A stretch of 64,000 nucleotides of DNA from Thermodesulfobacteriota bacterium (lineage in GTDB: Bacteria > Desulfobacterota > Desulfarculia > JACQYL01). This document shows, piece by piece, positions 1-8,681 of the stretch. The stretch lies in NCBI GenBank assembly GCA_963675595.2, contig CAXXLZ010000003.1, positions 192,001 through 256,000 on the forward strand, in the 5' to 3' direction. The translations under genes and the position numbers were made by a program. The notes beneath the pieces were generated by a model that saw nothing but the letters and a program-made list of their open reading frames with translations, was not told where the DNA came from and made no database searches. How positions within the stretch are numbered: position 1 is the stretch's first letter; each line of letters opens with the position of its first letter.

Positions 1-367
1 CCGCCCCTCCCATAAACAGCATCGTGCTGGAAATGACGAAAGGCACTACGTGCTTCTTTTCGTTCGGGTACAGACCGGGTGCCACGAAGCGCCACATCTG
101 ATAAAAAATCACCGGGGAGGCCAGCAGGGCCCCGGCCAGTAGGGCGATTTTGATGTAGACAAAAAACATCTCGGGGAGATTGGTGAAGATTAGTGTGTCG
201 CCCTCGGGTAGGACGTCCTTCAGCGGCTTCACCAGTAATATGAAAAGTTGGGAGGAAAACCCGTACGAAAGCACAAAACCCACCCCGACGGTGATTAGGC
301 AGGTGATCAAACGTTTCCTCAACTCCTCCAGATGGGAGGTGAAAGGCATTCTGGCTTCGTCGTCCAC
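1..367 (-). CDS. tatC: Twin-arginine translocase subunit TatC (5' part; runs off the window start)
   Basis: Manual translation from GTG at 367: VDDEARMPFTSHLEELRKRLI...IFTNLPEMFFVYIKIALLAG...YQMWRFVAPGLYPNEKK, with the TatC motifs HLEELR and FVAPGLY. Lies directly after tatA/B. Confidence 0.95.
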   Translation of the reverse strand, partial: MDDEARMPFTSHLEELRKRLITCLITVGVGFVLSYGFSSQLFILLVKPLKDVLPEGDTLIFTNLPEMFFVYIKIALLAGALLASPVIFYQMWRFVAPGLYPNEKKHVVPFVISSTMLFMGGA

Positions 368-370
368 TGT

Positions 371-844
371 TCAGGATTCCTTGGAGGTCGTTTTCTGAGA
401 AGAGAGGCTGGAAGAACTTTCATCGACGGGTTGGTCGTCCCCGGTCTCCTCGTCCGTCCCGTTGGTTTTAGAGGCGGAAGATGGGGAAGAACTTGGCTCC
501 TGCTCGGGCGTTCCGTTCCGCTCGCCGGCTTCGAGCTCCTGATAGAACTCCCTCATGATCGTCGCTTTTTCTTGTTCGACTCCTTGCGCTTCTTTGTCGT
601 CCAGCCGGGCTGAAGGCTCCGCCTCGGGTCGGTTCAGATCCTTAGCGACGTTCGCTACCGATTTTTTCACATCCCGGAGCTCCTCGTCGACATTGATGCT
701 CTCTTTGAGTTCCTGTGTGGCTTTCCGGAACTCAGCCATTCCTCTCCCGAGGGACTTGGCCAGTTCGGGCAGCTTCTTAGGGCCGAAAATGATCAAGGCC
801 AACACGAGGATGACGATGAGCTCGGGCATACCGATGCCAAACAT
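371..844 (-). CDS. TatA/TatB family translocase subunit
   Basis: [42 protein letters not shown] followed by an acidic disordered tail; upstream of tatC. Confidence 0.93.
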   Translation of the reverse strand: MFGIGMPELIVILVLALIIFGPKKLPELAKSLGRGMAEFRKATQELKESINVDEELRDVKKSVANVAKDLNRPEAEPSARLDDKEAQGVEQEKATIMREFYQELEAGERNGTPEQEPSSSPSSASKTNGTDEETGDDQPVDESSSSLSSQKTTSKES

Positions 845-904
845 GTACGCGCCTTCCTGAACAAGGGAATAAATGCAGAAATCTTGACTGCTTACTGGAA
901 TTTC

Positions 905-933
905 AGATTAGATGTTTTTCCGCGATATGTCAA
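905..933 (-). promoter_or_regulatory. Sigma-70 promoter of tatA/B-tatC
   Basis: Minus strand TTGACA-17 nt-TAATCT, about 60 nt upstream of the ATG. Confidence 0.6.
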
Positions 934-1032
934 GATATGCCGGGATACCGAAAGGGAGGAAACGAACCTCACGGACGAGAGGCGCTATAATTTTCCGACG
1001 GTTTGTGCAAGACGGGGCGGCGACGATGCCTG

Positions 1033-1063
1033 AAAGAAGAAAGCCCGGCTCGATGAGCCGGGC
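1033..1063 (-). terminator. Rho-independent terminator after mucR
   Basis: 9-bp stem GCCCGGCTC/GAGCCGGGC followed on the minus strand by TTTCTTCTTTC. Confidence 0.7.
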
Positions 1064-1072
1064 GGGACGAGT

Positions 1073-1507
1073 TTATTTCGACTTCTTGGCCCTCGCATCC
1101 TTGAGTATCTGACCGAGGTTTCTTTCCTTTGCCCATTTCCTTCGCTTGGCAGTTAGGTTCTTAGCGGAGAGGGGGGTCTTGAGAGGGATTCCCCATTTCT
1201 GCTTGTATTCTTTAGTAGTCAAACCGAACTTCGCGAGAGTTCGATTGGTAAGGACTTTGCACTCGCTGCCGTCCTCCAGATTAATCACCTTGTTTGCCTG
1301 AATGGACTTCAAAGGCTCTTCTCGAAGCAGATCCAAATCGGATTTCTCACTTTGTTCTTCAACTTCACCGGCCTCTTTGTTGCTGATCGCCTTCAAAGTC
1401 TCGAAAGTCTTTTTCAGGCTCGCCTCAATCTCTTCCGGGGTCATCTGTCCCACTGACGCCTGTGCTCTGACGATATCGGCAGCCATTTCAGTAAGTGTCC
1501 GTGCCAT
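1073..1507 (-). CDS. MucR/Ros family transcriptional regulator
   Basis: LTEMAADIVRAQ N-terminus and SI...VINLEDG...GLTTKEYKQKWGIP...PL..R C-terminal pattern typical of Ros/MucR. Confidence 0.85.
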   Translation of the reverse strand: MARTLTEMAADIVRAQASVGQMTPEEIEASLKKTFETLKAISNKEAGEVEEQSEKSDLDLLREEPLKSIQANKVINLEDGSECKVLTNRTLAKFGLTTKEYKQKWGIPLKTPLSAKNLTAKRRKWAKERNLGQILKDARAKKSK

Positions 1508-1549
1508 CTCTATCCTTCCTAGTTAGCGTTTTTGCTATGATGTTACTCC

Positions 1550-1579
1550 AATATAGGTATTCAACAGACAATCTGTCAA
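1550..1579 (-). promoter_or_regulatory. Sigma-70 promoter of mucR
   Basis: Minus strand TTGACA-18 nt-TATATT in AT-rich DNA upstream of the start codon. Confidence 0.6.
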
Positions 1580-2289
1580 GAAATAATTGAATGTTATGCT
1601 TTCGGGCCTTGGAACCCTTTTGCTTTTCCGGACCCCAAGGCTGCAAGCACCGTGAAAAATCCCCTTTGAGAAATATTGCATCCGGTTGACGGAAGATAAC
1701 AAAGACGCTTACCAGTGATGCTTCCGAGGTGTCCGGTTCCCTTGAATACATCATGTGCATTATACCTTGCGAGATGCGCCGCTATTGCGGATTGCCTCAC
1801 TTCCACTGGAACCATTCATTTCCGTTCGGAGCAACGTGTAGGGAATTGATAAGCAGACGTATGGGATTGGGAAGGCACCTTCACCGGATAGCTTCCGTTG
1901 GAGGGCACGGGAGTGTCGACTCGAAAGGGCGCAAGCTATTGACTGGTCGTCCGATGGACGGGGACCTACGGAGCAGAGGCGGGTGGATGTGAGGCCGGGA
2001 ATATGGAAAGGCTGAAGGGAACCCTTGGCCTTTTCCGGAGGGTCCGGGGCGAAACGCCCCCTTCCCCTGCCATAGAAGACGGGAGGTCTCCAAACGGACA
2101 TTCGCCGCCGATGATGGGACGAGGAGTTGAGAAGAGAACAGGGGCCGATTCCAACTGCCTGTACAGACAAGCCGTGTGCCTCGTGCCACGTCGCGGGGCG
2201 ACATCCGAAGGCGGACATCCCCTTGGAAAACGACCGACGAAGGGCCGGCACTGAAGGCGACCCAAGTCGGACGTATTATCGGCACAGAA

Positions 2290-2586
2290 TCAGGACGGGG
2301 ATGCGGTCCCTGAAAGCCTAAGATAGACGGCCTCTTCAATGGCTCTCAGGGAGGTGCATGTTGCCGCCTCCTCGTCGTCGATGGAAATGTCGAAGGCTTC
2401 CTCAATGGCGAATATAACGGCCACAACGTCCGTGGAATCGAGGCCCATGTCCTCCGCCAAATGTGCGTCCTCGGAAATTTCTTCGACTCCGATTCCCTTG
2501 AGTTGAGCCTCTTGAAGGAGGATTTCCTTCAGCTTTCGGCTGATTTCTTCTCGGCTGAATGATGGGGCGGATTGTTGCATATTCAT
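2290..2586 (-). CDS. Acyl carrier protein
   Basis: Small acidic protein with L.EDMGLDSTD...IEEAFDISIDDEEA; the phosphopantetheine Ser lies in GLDS. Confidence 0.9.
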   Translation of the reverse strand: MNMQQSAPSFSREEISRKLKEILLQEAQLKGIGVEEISEDAHLAEDMGLDSTDVVAVIFAIEEAFDISIDDEEAATCTSLRAIEEAVYLRLSGTASPS

Positions 2587-2671
2587 TTCACATTTCGGGT
2601 GCGAGTTTCAAGGAATTCGGCTCTCGGGCGCCGGTGTTTGCAGGATTCAACGTTGTCCCGAGGCTCGACCA

Positions 2672-3907
2672 TCATCCGGAGAGGCGTTTCAGAACAATCG
2701 ACGTATTACTTCCGCCGAACGCGAAAGAGTTGCTCATGCAAACGTCGAAATGGAGAGATCGAGACCGGTTGGGAACATAGTCCAGCTCGGCGCAATTCGG
2801 ATCTCGCTCCTCAAAGTTGATGGTTGGAGGTAACATATCTTGTTCCATCGAAAGCAGGCAAGCAATTATTTCCAGCGCGCCGGCGGCACCGAGGGTATGA
2901 CCGATCATGGACTTGATGGAGCTGATGGGAACGGAACGGGCGTGCTTACCAAGAAGCTTGGCGGCCGCGTTGGACTCGATGGCGTCGTTGAGCAGAGTGG
3001 ACGTGCCGTGGGCGTTGATATAATCGAGTTCTCTCACCGGAATACCCGCGTCCATAAGGGCGAGCTCCATGGATCGAAGCATCTGGGCGCCGGACTTGTC
3101 CGGAATCAACATATGGTGCGCGTCGCTGGTAAGTCCGGTGCCCGCGATCTCTGCGTATATGCGAGCGCCTCTCGCCTGAGCGTGTTCGAGAGACTCGACG
3201 ACCAGAATTCCAGCTCCATCCGACAGTATGAGGCCGTCCCTCTGCGCATCGAAGGGGCGACATGCGGCTTCGGGTGCACAGTCTCTCGTCGAAACCGCTC
3301 TTACCTGGCAAAAGGCCGAGTACACCAATCGGTTCAGCGGTAGGTCCACTCCCCCGCTGAGCACCACGTCGGCAAGTCCGTCACGAATGATGTCTCTGGC
3401 ATACACCACGGCTTGATTTCCCGACGAGCAAGCCATGTCCACATTGACCAGGGGGCCCTCGATTCCAAGATAACCGGCCGTCGCCCCAGGGAGGAAAAGA
3501 TCGGAAGGCTGCAGGGTATACGCCTCCTCCGGTGGCCTGCCGGTGGTGAGATGCTCCAACTCATCGAGTTCGTAACGATTCGTCGTGCATCCCAGGGCGG
3601 CGCCCACCCGGTGAGGAGCGATTTCTCTTAGGTCCAGGTCCGCGTCGTCCAAAGCCATCTTCGAGGCGGACAGCGCGAACTGAAGGGACTTGGTAGCGTT
3701 GGCCGGGCAGGAAGGAAAAAATTTCCGAAAGTCGAAATCGTCGACTTGGCCTCCGATGTTTGAAGTCAGTCCCTCAGTGTCGAAACAAGTCACATAGCGG
3801 ATGCCGGATCTACCTTCCCGCAGGGCTCCGGAGAACTCGCTCTTTCCAATGCCGTTTGGAGCGATCGGGCCCACTCCGGTGATGACGACGCGGTGTCTTG
3901 GTCTCAT
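2672..3907 (-). CDS. Beta-ketoacyl-ACP synthase (FabF / type II KS family)
   Basis: RVVITGVG, catalytic Cys in ACSSG, His in NAHGTST and KSMIGHTLGAAG, C-terminal SNSFAFGG. Confidence 0.93.
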   Translation of the reverse strand: MRPRHRVVITGVGPIAPNGIGKSEFSGALREGRSGIRYVTCFDTEGLTSNIGGQVDDFDFRKFFPSCPANATKSLQFALSASKMALDDADLDLREIAPHRVGAALGCTTNRYELDELEHLTTGRPPEEAYTLQPSDLFLPGATAGYLGIEGPLVNVDMACSSGNQAVVYARDIIRDGLADVVLSGGVDLPLNRLVYSAFCQVRAVSTRDCAPEAACRPFDAQRDGLILSDGAGILVVESLEHAQARGARIYAEIAGTGLTSDAHHMLIPDKSGAQMLRSMELALMDAGIPVRELDYINAHGTSTLLNDAIESNAAAKLLGKHARSVPISSIKSMIGHTLGAAGALEIIACLLSMEQDMLPPTINFEERDPNCAELDYVPNRSRSLHFDVCMSNSFAFGGSNTSIVLKRLSG

Positions 3908-4004
3908 AACTTCCTGATATCCATGTTTGAAGCCGGAGGTGGTTACGATACGAACCCTTTGTCGGGATTGTCGGCGAGACGTTTCATGGACGGCACCGAC
4001 GGTT

Positions 4005-5099
4005 TCAGCGTTCGAAAAGCAGCACCGCGCAGTTGCCGTCTTGGGCCGCCGAGGCGAAAAGCAGGACTTCTCCGGTGCGGCTGAGGGAGGAAGCGGGAAT
4101 CCCTGCCTCCAGGAATGTGAACAGGTCGGAGAGCGCCGATACGGAAAAGGTGTAGGGCCTTTCCGGCGGGAACACGGTCATTCCATCAAACGGGCGAAGC
4201 GAAGCCGCCGATTCGGTTACTTCCTTTGTCAACGGGCCGCCGGGGGAGCAGGATACTCCGATCCGTGCTATCCGCCCCGCCTCCAAACCCAGACTTTGCA
4301 CGACTCCCGCCGTTCTTTCCTTGAACCAGGACCCAAAAGAGCCGGAATCCGATTTCAGGAGGGAGGAGGGAGCGTGGAACAATCCGCATCCCATCCATCG
4401 AGCCGTTGAGGGCCGAACCCTTTCGGATTCCATATCCTTTTCGAGTACGGCCATTGCGGCTCCCTCGGAGAGTTCGACGCCGCTGAGCCCGTAAATGGAG
4501 GCGAACCGGGCCACCCAGGCGCTGATGGGTGACTCTGCGGCCCCGGCCAGCATGTAATCGGGAAAAGAGCCGCAAGACATGCCCTCCGCAGCGTGTACGA
4601 AGGCATGCAGACCCGAGAGGAAGCTGCCGGAACAGGTGATGGTGGGCCCGTTCAACGCATAGCTTATGGACACGTTGGATGCGGTGGCGTTTCCGATGGT
4701 CATTTGCAGAGCCCGAGGGTTGACCCTCCGAGGGCCTTTTGTGCGGAACACCTCGATGAAGGATTCAAGGCTGCCGCTGCCCGCAAAGGTGGTGCCCATG
4801 CTGCATCCGACCTCAGCCGTCGGGAGCGCGTCGAACCCCGGTGTGCGATCCATGGCCCTGCGCGCGGTGATGATTGCGAGTACCACGCTCCGGTCCAAGA
4901 TTCTTCGTTCTTCCTTTGCCATATGTTGGGCGATGATTTCTTCTTCCACACAAAGGTGGCCGGCCCCCGACACGTCGACGACGGGGTCCCGACGTTCTTC
5001 ACCGGAACCGGGAATCGACCCGGGGAGAAGGGAACTCGTGCCCAGAACAAATACTTTCGGAGATTCAGACGAAAAAGGTTCCACGAATACAATCACCAT
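4005..5099 (-). CDS. Ketosynthase N-terminal-like protein lacking catalytic residues (chain-length-factor-like)
   Basis: KS-like segments GCSMGTTFAG, KGPRRVNP, NATASNVSISYALNGPTIT, SEGAAMAVLE; the catalytic ACxSG is replaced by SFLSG and no His motifs are present. Confidence 0.75.
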   Translation of the reverse strand: MVIVFVEPFSSESPKVFVLGTSSLLPGSIPGSGEERRDPVVDVSGAGHLCVEEEIIAQHMAKEERRILDRSVVLAIITARRAMDRTPGFDALPTAEVGCSMGTTFAGSGSLESFIEVFRTKGPRRVNPRALQMTIGNATASNVSISYALNGPTITCSGSFLSGLHAFVHAAEGMSCGSFPDYMLAGAAESPISAWVARFASIYGLSGVELSEGAAMAVLEKDMESERVRPSTARWMGCGLFHAPSSLLKSDSGSFGSWFKERTAGVVQSLGLEAGRIARIGVSCSPGGPLTKEVTESAASLRPFDGMTVFPPERPYTFSVSALSDLFTFLEAGIPASSLSRTGEVLLFASAAQDGNCAVLLFER

Positions 5100-5264
5100 T
5101 CGAGGCCGCGCCAGGCGATGTTATTGAAATTGATTTCTTTTGACGCAGGGAAAAGAGTGAATCGTTCACAGGGGAAGTGAATTTGTGCGCTCCCTTTTTT
5201 CAGATAAGGTCCGACAAGTCAAGGGAATTCAAATTGACATTTCTGTGGCGCCCTGCGGATCCTA

Positions 5265-6215
5265 TCATCGGAGCGGATTTGAGCCGGGCGGCAAGTGCTT
5301 GTGAAACCACTCAAGGATCAGTCGATCCCTTTCTTCCCGATGGGAATCCAGCGTGTGGTCTCCGCCTTGTAGAACGACCAGCTTGTGCGGAGTTCCCAGT
5401 GCGCGCAGTTCCGCGGCGAGTCGTCCGGCTTGATTCACGCCGATCTTGTTATCATCCTCACCGTGCAGGATCAACAGAGGGACCTTGATTTCTCCGGGCC
5501 AACAGACCGCTGAACGAGCCCGGTATTTCCGTGGGTTCTCGTCGGGATCGCCCACAAGGTAACGCAGGCCCATCCTGTGGAACCATGAGTCGATGCTGCG
5601 ATAGGTTTCCAGCAGGTCCGTCGGAGCGCCCACCGTGGCGGCGGCTCGGAGGTGCACGCCGCGTTTGGCAGCCAGAAAGGTCATCATGCCGCCTCTCGAA
5701 TAGCCCAGCATCACCACCCGGTCCGGGTCCACCGTAGGAAGAGCCCTTCCCAAGGAAACGAGATTCACCACGTCGTCCACATCGGCGCCGCCGAACTCGT
5801 CGCTTCCGTCACCACCGCAGGAACCACGATACATGGAGGCCAGGACAACGAAGCCCCGACTGCAAAGGAAAGCCTGATTATCCAACGTCTTTCCGTCCAA
5901 ACATCCAAAACTCGGGCCGCCTCCCCGGTTGAAAATCAACAGTGGGAGGAGGGCGTCCGGAGAAGCGGGTTTGAACAGATAGCCGACGATCTCGAGCCCG
6001 TCGCTCAAATATTTGAAGCGATACCCTGCGACCCCGTCCGGCCATGTTTCGGAGGGCTCCAAAGGCCGGCGGTCGAGGAGCTGAAATCCTTCGCTCGTTT
6101 CACCGGTTGTGACATAGGAGGGGCTGTCGGCGTCCGTCGACGGTTTTGAGGGAGCGCAGGAAAACGGCAATCCCGCCGCCGACAATAGAAGGAGAAGGAG
6201 GCCGAGTTTTCTCAT
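5265..6215 (-). CDS. S9-type alpha/beta hydrolase (peptidase), probable lipoprotein
   Basis: Signal peptide ending LPFSC, nucleophile motif GYSRGG, LILHGEDD, GGDH. Confidence 0.85.
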   Translation of the reverse strand: MRKLGLLLLLLSAAGLPFSCAPSKPSTDADSPSYVTTGETSEGFQLLDRRPLEPSETWPDGVAGYRFKYLSDGLEIVGYLFKPASPDALLPLLIFNRGGGPSFGCLDGKTLDNQAFLCSRGFVVLASMYRGSCGGDGSDEFGGADVDDVVNLVSLGRALPTVDPDRVVMLGYSRGGMMTFLAAKRGVHLRAAATVGAPTDLLETYRSIDSWFHRMGLRYLVGDPDENPRKYRARSAVCWPGEIKVPLLILHGEDDNKIGVNQAGRLAAELRALGTPHKLVVLQGGDHTLDSHREERDRLILEWFHKHLPPGSNPLR

Positions 6216-6322
6216 GTCGTTTCATCCTGTTTAGGAAGGGTTATCGATGTACGTTCGGAGGATTGTACCGTCGGTGGACAAGCGGACTTTCGTCCGGAAA
6301 GTCGAAGCCCCAAACACACCAT

Positions 6323-6868
6323 CTATTCCACTGCCGAATAGTCGGCTTCGGACACACCCTTCAGCAATAGAAACGATTCCACTTTGAGAGTGATAATCTC
6401 GGAAGTCGATAGCCGAGCGAACTCTTTGAGTTGGGGGTGCCTCGCGATCAGCTTTTTCATGACGGCCGACTTGTCCTCTTTCCCGTCCAATGGGACAAAC
6501 TTTCCCCCAACGGTCAGCGCCTGTATCTCTTCCGACGCGTGCTCCGCGCTTCGAACTCTCGTGTCCACCAGCAAACAGGCTCTGTCGTTGTGAAGCAGAT
6601 TCTTGTATTTGGTACTCTCTGAGTCGCAAACCATATAAACGGTTCGCCCTCGTTCGTCGGTGATGTAGGACATCAGAGAGCAATGGGGGACATCATTCCG
6701 ACTCGTGGCGAGAACGCCCATGTCGTGGTCTTTCAGGAGAGAAAACATGAGAGAGAGCGTCTTGTTCGGCAAGGTGATTACCTCCGTCACGCGTGTTCCC
6801 TTCGGAAGCTCTGTGAGTGTCCCTCGCCTCCCAAAGCAATCATGTGTCGGATGCGGCGGAATGCTCAA
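6323..6868 (-). CDS. Pyridoxamine 5'-phosphate oxidase-like FMN-binding protein (start uncertain)
   Basis: GVLATS..DVPHCSLMSY...STKYKNLLHNDRACLLVD split-barrel pattern. Confidence 0.8.
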   Translation of the reverse strand: MSIPPHPTHDCFGRRGTLTELPKGTRVTEVITLPNKTLSLMFSLLKDHDMGVLATSRNDVPHCSLMSYITDERGRTVYMVCDSESTKYKNLLHNDRACLLVDTRVRSAEHASEEIQALTVGGKFVPLDGKEDKSAVMKKLIARHPQLKEFARLSTSEIITLKVESFLLLKGVSEADYSAVE

Positions 6869-7027
6869 ATACTATAAGGCCGGCGTCCGCTCTTGACAAG
6901 TCCCGCTCCGCTTATGCTCTATGCATGTGCTGTTTCAATCATTGCATAGGTTGGGTGAGGAAGTTATAGTAGAATTTCCGGAGGGGAACGATTTCGGTCG
7001 GCCACGCTTGTTTCGGAGGGTTCGGTC

Positions 7028-8524
7028 ATGGGATTCAAAAAGGTGCGGATCGGTATTCTGTTTTTGCTGGCGGGCCTACTGCTGCAACAGACGGCCGCCC
7101 GATGCGCGGACCCCTTTGCTCTCGGCATGGAAGCTCAAAACCATATCTCGAAAAAGGAGTATGATCAGGCGATTCCCTTGTTGGCGGACGCGCTGAAACA
7201 GGATCCCATGAATACGTGGCTTCGGGGTATGTTGGCCAACTCCCATTACCAGTTGAGGCAGTTCACCAACGCGAAGACTCAGTACGGACTCATCGTGGAG
7301 ATGGAGCCGGAGAACAACTTGGCCCGCTTCATGGTCAGTGTCCTGGAACCTCTCGTGGGGTTGGAGGAGAACACGCTCGTCAAAGAAACCAAACAGCCGG
7401 TGTCGGAATTGAGACCGTATGAAATTGAACGCCTTTACGGAAAGGCCGTGGTCTTCTTGCGGGTGGCCGACCAGGATCGAAACGTTTTCAAACAGGGCAG
7501 CGGTTTTGTGATCTCGGAAGACGGTTGGACGGTTACCAACCACCATGTGATCGTTAACGGGAAATACGCTGTCGCCCGGTTCCCGGACGGCCGGGAGTTC
7601 GCCGTGGAGAAGGTGCTTGCTTATGAGCCCAAGCTGGACTTGGCCGTTTTGAAACTCGAAGGAGCGACCGGGCTGGTCACGACGAAGATGGGAGATTCGT
7701 CAAAGGTGATTTTGGGGGAACAAGCCGTGGCCATCGGCAGTCCGGAGGGCATGGAGCACACGATTTCAGACGGACTAATCAGCGCTTGGCGGGACATGGG
7801 AGAGGGCTACAAGTATATCCAGATCAGCGTGCCGATTTCGCATGGAAGCAGTGGTGGGGCCCTGTTCAACATGCGAGGAGAGGTCATCGGGGTGACCTCG
7901 GCCGGTCTTGATCGAGGCCAGAACCTCAACTTTGCGATCCCCATCAATTTCGTAAAGGAGTTGATGAAGAACCCAAAGCCCGTCGCCCTCGCAGAGCTTC
8001 CTGAGGAAAGGCCCGAGGACGGGGAGAAGAAGACTGAGGACACAGCCGCGGACGCCGAACTAATTCGGGGACCGGATGGAAGCATCGTGTGCAACAATCG
8101 GAATCTTAATTTCGGATTTCGGCTGTCGGACAATTCCTGGAACGTGAGTGAGGAGTCTAAGGACGGGGACTACCTCCTCAAGTGCAATTCGCCCGACCTG
8201 CAGGTTCAGGTTCACACGTTCTTGGCGAAAAAGGGTCTGACGGAGGCGGAACTTGTGGAACATTACCGCGACTTCTTTTTCAAAGGTGATTTCACCTTCT
8301 TGAAAGATTTTGAGCGGACCGTTCCGGGGGATAAGCCGGCGTTCATGGCCCAATTGAACAAAGAGGCGGAAGATCCGGTAAGGTCCTGGCTTGTGTTGAT
8401 GCTCGAAAAGGGCCGCGTGTTTGTGTTCTCCGTCTGGTACTTGGCTCGGGATGAAGATAAGCTGTCGGATTCCATAGAGATAATTCGCGGGAGTTTTCAG
8501 ATCGGAAACGCCGTGACTTCCTGA
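7028..8524 (+). CDS. Secreted TPR-containing trypsin-like (HtrA/S1C-type) serine protease with a non-PDZ C-terminal domain
   Basis: Signal peptide, TPR-like helices, catalytic triad motifs TNHHV, DLAVLK and ISHGSSGGAL, then NLNFAIP. Confidence 0.85.
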   Translation: MGFKKVRIGILFLLAGLLLQQTAARCADPFALGMEAQNHISKKEYDQAIPLLADALKQDPMNTWLRGMLANSHYQLRQFTNAKTQYGLIVEMEPENNLARFMVSVLEPLVGLEENTLVKETKQPVSELRPYEIERLYGKAVVFLRVADQDRNVFKQGSGFVISEDGWTVTNHHVIVNGKYAVARFPDGREFAVEKVLAYEPKLDLAVLKLEGATGLVTTKMGDSSKVILGEQAVAIGSPEGMEHTISDGLISAWRDMGEGYKYIQISVPISHGSSGGALFNMRGEVIGVTSAGLDRGQNLNFAIPINFVKELMKNPKPVALAELPEERPEDGEKKTEDTAADAELIRGPDGSIVCNNRNLNFGFRLSDNSWNVSEESKDGDYLLKCNSPDLQVQVHTFLAKKGLTEAELVEHYRDFFFKGDFTFLKDFERTVPGDKPAFMAQLNKEAEDPVRSWLVLMLEKGRVFVFSVWYLARDEDKLSDSIEIIRGSFQIGNAVTS

Positions 8525-8681
8525 TTGGACGGAACAATGGAGGTCGCCGCGAGACTACCGAAGGCGAACATCGGATTCCTCTCGGGCGGCGAGCGCCTCA
8601 TTCGGGCGCCGGGGTAAAGAACCGGGCATCCATCCCCTCGAAACGGAGACGTTCCATTACGGCATACGGAAGCACCATGAC

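Noticed and set aside
1905-1950. Possible c-di-GMP-I riboswitch (GAAA...GCAAGC)
   Set aside because: It lacks the GGCAAA 5' motif and a proper stem around the GAAA loop.
5157-5170. GTGAA-TCG-TTCAC palindrome as a Rex or CRP site upstream of the KS cluster
   Set aside because: The spacing is one base short of both consensus sites; it cannot be assigned.
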